49,991 nucleotides of DNA. Source: Candidatus Saccharimonadota bacterium (GTDB lineage: Bacteria > Patescibacteriota > Saccharimonadia > Saccharimonadales > AQU-01). The stretch lies in assembly GCA_037137935.1 (NCBI GenBank), contig JBAXJI010000005.1, forward strand, positions 1 to 49,991. Reading direction: 5' to 3'. A model generated the notes under the pieces. The model ran no database searches. It saw nothing but the letters and a program-made list of their open reading frames with translations, and was not told the origin of the DNA. The translations under genes were made by a program, and so were the position numbers. The stretch's first letter is position 1; each line of letters opens with the position of its first letter. Positions 46,546 to 49,991 of this stretch are shown one piece after another.

Positions 46546-47361
46546 TTATCTAGAAAATCCAACGGATCGTAACAGAAAAGTTTTGGCCTTGACTCGTAAA
46601 TTTGCTGCAGGTTGGTCAATTATTCCGTAAGTTTTATCCTGCATATTTTCTATAGACAGATCATTTGGTCCATCGACTAAGATATTTCCAGTATGTCTTT
46701 GGGTTACATCGTTCAAGGCTCTATGCCAGTTTCTTCCTGCTACATCGGCGAGTCTTTCGTTTACTGTCTCGAGTACTCCGTTTCTTAGGCGTATAGAATC
46801 AGACTGCGTGACTTTGCTGCCGATAGGGTAGAGAGCTCTTCCTAGTACGACTCCAGGTAGTTTCTCCATGACAATTGTTTCGTGGCCATTATTCTTAGAT
46901 TTGAGTATTCCGTATTGTCGTGGAGAAGTTAAGCCTGGTTCGTGTGATTCATCCAAAGTATGCCTAAGCTTATTCATTGTATCGAATTGAACTTTTCCGC
47001 CAAGTTTATCAAAGTCAAAAGCTTTTACTATGAGATCGTCATCAGTGTCATAAATCGATGATAGATTGTTTTTGTTGTAGCTTGGTTCCACACAAGCCGG
47101 CCTTAAAAGATTAAGAGGTAGATAGGAGTCGTCGGTAACTGATCTTGGAGGAAGAACTCCGCCGTGTATTACAGCAAAGCCTGCAATATTGTGAAGTAGA
47201 TCGCCGAACTCTGGTTCGTCATCTACCTTATTTTTGCCGTCATTACTTAATATAAGCTCAATATCACGAGGCCCTTTATATAAAGTTAAAGGTTGTCCCA
47301 TCGATGATATGTCTCTTATTGGGTTAAAGCCAGCGATTTCAGGCGCGTCAATATTTCTCAT
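46546..47361 (-). CDS. Protein-kinase-like fold protein (divergent)
   Basis: LIVK, IVMEKLPG hinge, ND.....GNILV catalytic-loop-like, IIDQ; GGAG SD upstream. Confidence 0.6.
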   Translation of the reverse strand: MRNIDAPEIAGFNPIRDISSMGQPLTLYKGPRDIELILSNDGKNKVDDEPEFGDLLHNIAGFAVIHGGVLPPRSVTDDSYLPLNLLRPACVEPSYNKNNLSSIYDTDDDLIVKAFDFDKLGGKVQFDTMNKLRHTLDESHEPGLTSPRQYGILKSKNNGHETIVMEKLPGVVLGRALYPIGSKVTQSDSIRLRNGVLETVNERLADVAGRNWHRALNDVTQRHTGNILVDGPNDLSIENMQDKTYGIIDQPAANLRVKAKTFLLRSVGFSR

Positions 47362-47470
47362 AATTCTACCAAGCTCCGATATATAATTTAAAACATAATA
47401 CTATAATAATTTCAAAAGAGTTAGTGAATTCTATATTTACAGGGTTTAAGGTACAATATATCTATAAACT

Positions 47471-48838
47471 ATGAGCGAAAATATTGTTTCTTTAGAAGAT
47501 ATCGTAAGTCTTGCCAAGCGGCGAGGTTTTGTATTTGGTAGTAGTGAGATTTACGGAGGTTACGCTGGAGTTTATGACTACGGTCCATATGGAGTAGAAC
47601 TGGCCAATAATCTTAAAAATGCATGGTGGAAATATATGGTCCAGCAAAGGCAAGATATTGTCGGCCTTGATAGCGGTATATTTATGCATCCAGAAATTTG
47701 GAAGGCTAGTGGGCATGTTGGTGGTTTTAGCGATCCTTTAGCAGAGTGTAATAATTGTCATACCCGTATTCGTGCTGATCATATTCTAGAAGAGTTAGGT
47801 GAGCAAGCTGACGAGAAGATGTCTACCGAGCAGCTGAATATTTTATTCGACAAGCATCGTACAGAAATCAAATGTCCAAACTGTGGCAAAAAAGAATTTG
47901 GTGAAGTTAAGAACTTTAATCTTTTGGTTAAATCCAATCTTGGTAATTTTAGTGATGATATGGACGACAACCCAGTTTACTTGCGTGGGGAAACTTGCCA
48001 AGGTATCTATGTCAATTTTCCTAATGTCGTAGACAGTTCTCGCGTAAAGGTTCCTTTTGGTATAGCCCAAATAGGCAAGGCTTTTCGTAACGAAATTAGT
48101 CCTCGTCAATTTATTTTCCGTACCCGTGAATTTGAACAGATGGAAATGCAATACTTTACTAATCCTGAAACTGAACTAGAAGAGTTTGAAAAACTTAGAC
48201 AATATCGTTGGAATTTTTATAAAACTATCGGCATCCGCGAAGAAAACATGCAATGGCACAAACACGAAAACTTAGTGTTTTACGCCAAAGAAGCATACGA
48301 CATTGAGTATAAGTATCCATTCGGGTTTAAAGAGCTCGAGGGCATCCACGCAAGAGGCGACTATGACCTTGGCGCACACCAAAAAGGCAGCGGCAAAGAC
48401 CTTACTTATTTTGACCCAACTAGTAACGCCCGTTATTTACCTCATATTATTGAGAGTTCAGTTGGTTTGAATAGAATGTTCTTGGCAGTTTTGTCAGATG
48501 CTTATACTGTCGAGATTTTAGCAAATGGGGAATCACGGACGGTACTAAAACTACACCCAAGCCTAGCTCCTATTAAATTCGCTGTATCTCCTTTGCTCAG
48601 AAATAAACCAGAGCTTGTTGCTAAAGCGCACGAAGTGTATGACTTGTTGAGTAAGAATTTTATGTGCGAATTTGATGATAACGGTAACATAGGCAAGCGC
48701 TACCGCCGACAGGACGAAATAGGTACACCAAAATGTATTACTATCGACTTCCAGACTCTAGAAGACGGAACAGTAACAGTGCGAGACCGTGATACCACCG
48801 AACAGACCAGAGTAAAAATAGAAAATATTGCAGTATAG
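47471..48838 (+). CDS. glyQS: Glycyl-tRNA synthetase, alpha2 type
   Basis: KRRGF...SEIYGG, YDYGP.G, YLRGETCQG, FRNEISPR.FIFR.REFEQME, IGKRYRRQDEIGTP. Confidence 0.96.
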   Translation: MSENIVSLEDIVSLAKRRGFVFGSSEIYGGYAGVYDYGPYGVELANNLKNAWWKYMVQQRQDIVGLDSGIFMHPEIWKASGHVGGFSDPLAECNNCHTRIRADHILEELGEQADEKMSTEQLNILFDKHRTEIKCPNCGKKEFGEVKNFNLLVKSNLGNFSDDMDDNPVYLRGETCQGIYVNFPNVVDSSRVKVPFGIAQIGKAFRNEISPRQFIFRTREFEQMEMQYFTNPETELEEFEKLRQYRWNFYKTIGIREENMQWHKHENLVFYAKEAYDIEYKYPFGFKELEGIHARGDYDLGAHQKGSGKDLTYFDPTSNARYLPHIIESSVGLNRMFLAVLSDAYTVEILANGESRTVLKLHPSLAPIKFAVSPLLRNKPELVAKAHEVYDLLSKNFMCEFDDNGNIGKRYRRQDEIGTPKCITIDFQTLEDGTVTVRDRDTTEQTRVKIENIAV

Positions 48839-48896
48839 TTGACGCAGCCATCGACACCTGCCATTATAAGCTTAACAGTAATTACAAAAAGCAAAT

Positions 48897-49991
48897 ATGG
48901 AACCACAGCAACAAATAGCATCAAATCCGATAGACGAGACACCTCTACCTATTGATGCAGGCAAGGCTGAAACACCAAAGCTACCTAGCCGGACTAGAAG
49001 ATTATTGGCGGGGGCTGCTATTGCAGCTGCGTCATTAACCGCCGGGGCTAATATAGCTGATGGTAATATTGGAGGAGCAGTTGATGCCGCAGTAGAACAA
49101 GTTGGTAGTGGCATAACCGGCGACGATCATCACTTAAGTATCGATATTGATGCTGGTATGCAGACGATTGGCATTGGCGGCATAAAACTTCCAGGATTAG
49201 ACATTTCTGTGACTGGGTCGGATCATCACAAGGGCACTCAACAAGTATTAGTGACGCGCCAGGTCGAAGGTACAATTAGTAAACGCGTAGTTACTCCCTC
49301 TGAGTTAGAAGTTCGAACAGATGATATAAACATGGAATGGGCTAGATTATTTTCGGCTGACCCTTCTTCCGAAACTCCAAGCCAGCCACCAGAAATTAAT
49401 GCTGTCGTAGAAAGAGTTGCCCAACTCAAAGAGCAAGGATGGAAAGTTTCAGTTCAAGTACAGGGTTTCGCTTCAATGGAAGACGATACGCCAGACGCCC
49501 ATCCCGAACTTCATAATCCAGGTTTTGAGATTCCAAGTACAAAGAATCAAGAACTAGCTGATACCAGAGCAGCTGCCGTTAAAGGCATTATGGATCCACT
49601 TTTAGTTGATTCGGCTGGAAATCCAACTACAATTGATATTGTTCCAGGATTGGAAACAGATGACCCTGTGTTGGCTGCTGATATTATGAATTACGCCTCT
49701 ACGCACGGAATAGACGTAGTACAGCTGGTCAAGGCTTACAATCGGCACCCAGAAACTTTGCCGGACGATGCAGTCAAGCTATTAGATGGCTTAAAAGATG
49801 AGCGAGTAGTAAGAGTTACGGTTGTTGCTTCAAAGCCAGGAAGTAGCAAGGATATCATAGTTAATAGTAGTAGGACAGTTTTGGATGTTGTCACCCAACC
49901 AGTTGACGAAAAAGAAGAGGATGGTGGCAATATTAAACTGGTACCAATGATTATTCCTTGGGTTGGATTGGGAGCTCTAGCCCTATTAAGG
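48897..49991 (+). CDS. Secreted or membrane-anchored protein with a divergent OmpA-C-like domain; runs off the window
   Basis: Not in the supplied ORF track (no stop in the window); frame read as open from ATG 48897; RRLLAGAAIAAASL signal/TM; VQVQGFAS...NQELADTRAAAV...RVVRV. Confidence 0.7.
   Translation, partial: MEPQQQIASNPIDETPLPIDAGKAETPKLPSRTRRLLAGAAIAAASLTAGANIADGNIGGAVDAAVEQVGSGITGDDHHLSIDIDAGMQTIGIGGIKLPGLDISVTGSDHHKGTQQVLVTRQVEGTISKRVVTPSELEVRTDDINMEWARLFSADPSSETPSQPPEINAVVERVAQLKEQGWKVSVQVQGFASMEDDTPDAHPELHNPGFEIPSTKNQELADTRAAAVKGIMDPLLVDSAGNPTTIDIVPGLETDDPVLAADIMNYASTHGIDVVQLVKAYNRHPETLPDDAVKLLDGLKDERVVRVTVVASKPGSSKDIIVNSSRTVLDVVTQPVDEKEEDGGNIKLVPMIIPWVGLGALALLR

Overview
A gene-dense, AT-rich bacterial chromosomal window, most consistent with a Patescibacteria/CPR genome, probably Saccharimonadia. 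This assignment is an inference from gene content and order, small orphan ORFs and near-leaderless promoters. The standard genetic code is used (TGA and TAG both end real genes). The backbone is housekeeping: parA-parB, lepB, an LCP protein, prmC, prfA, rpmE, rpsB-tsf-frr, rseP, proS, greA, lysS, an ABC exporter, msrA, serS, hpf, secA, an M16 peptidase, prfB, ftsEX-CHAP-S41, pyrG, rpmA, xseAB, recO, a membrane-anchored Clp ATPase and glyQS. The intergenic space holds at least four distinct palindromic or structured element families: (1) a RAYT-type HUH tyrosine transposase flanked by two REP-like hairpin types, with one copy dispersed 16 kb away; (2) a heptamer-built inverted-repeat family, present as a 110-bp tandem array and as a solo cruciform; (3) a ~465-bp, almost fully base-paired four-arm element with 42-bp hairpin-containing terminal inverted repeats, the best candidate for an undescribed ncRNA or non-autonomous mobile element; and (4) a 120-bp ERIC-like rod in the rpmA leader. 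Other oddities include a WhiB-like gene in the usual pyrH position, a His-less kinase paired with an Asp-to-Glu receiver, an amber-interrupted ORF next to prmC/prfA, and widespread -10 boxes only 6-9 nt before start codons. No rRNA, tRNA or CRISPR array was seen. All product calls come from motif recognition by eye; no database searches were run.
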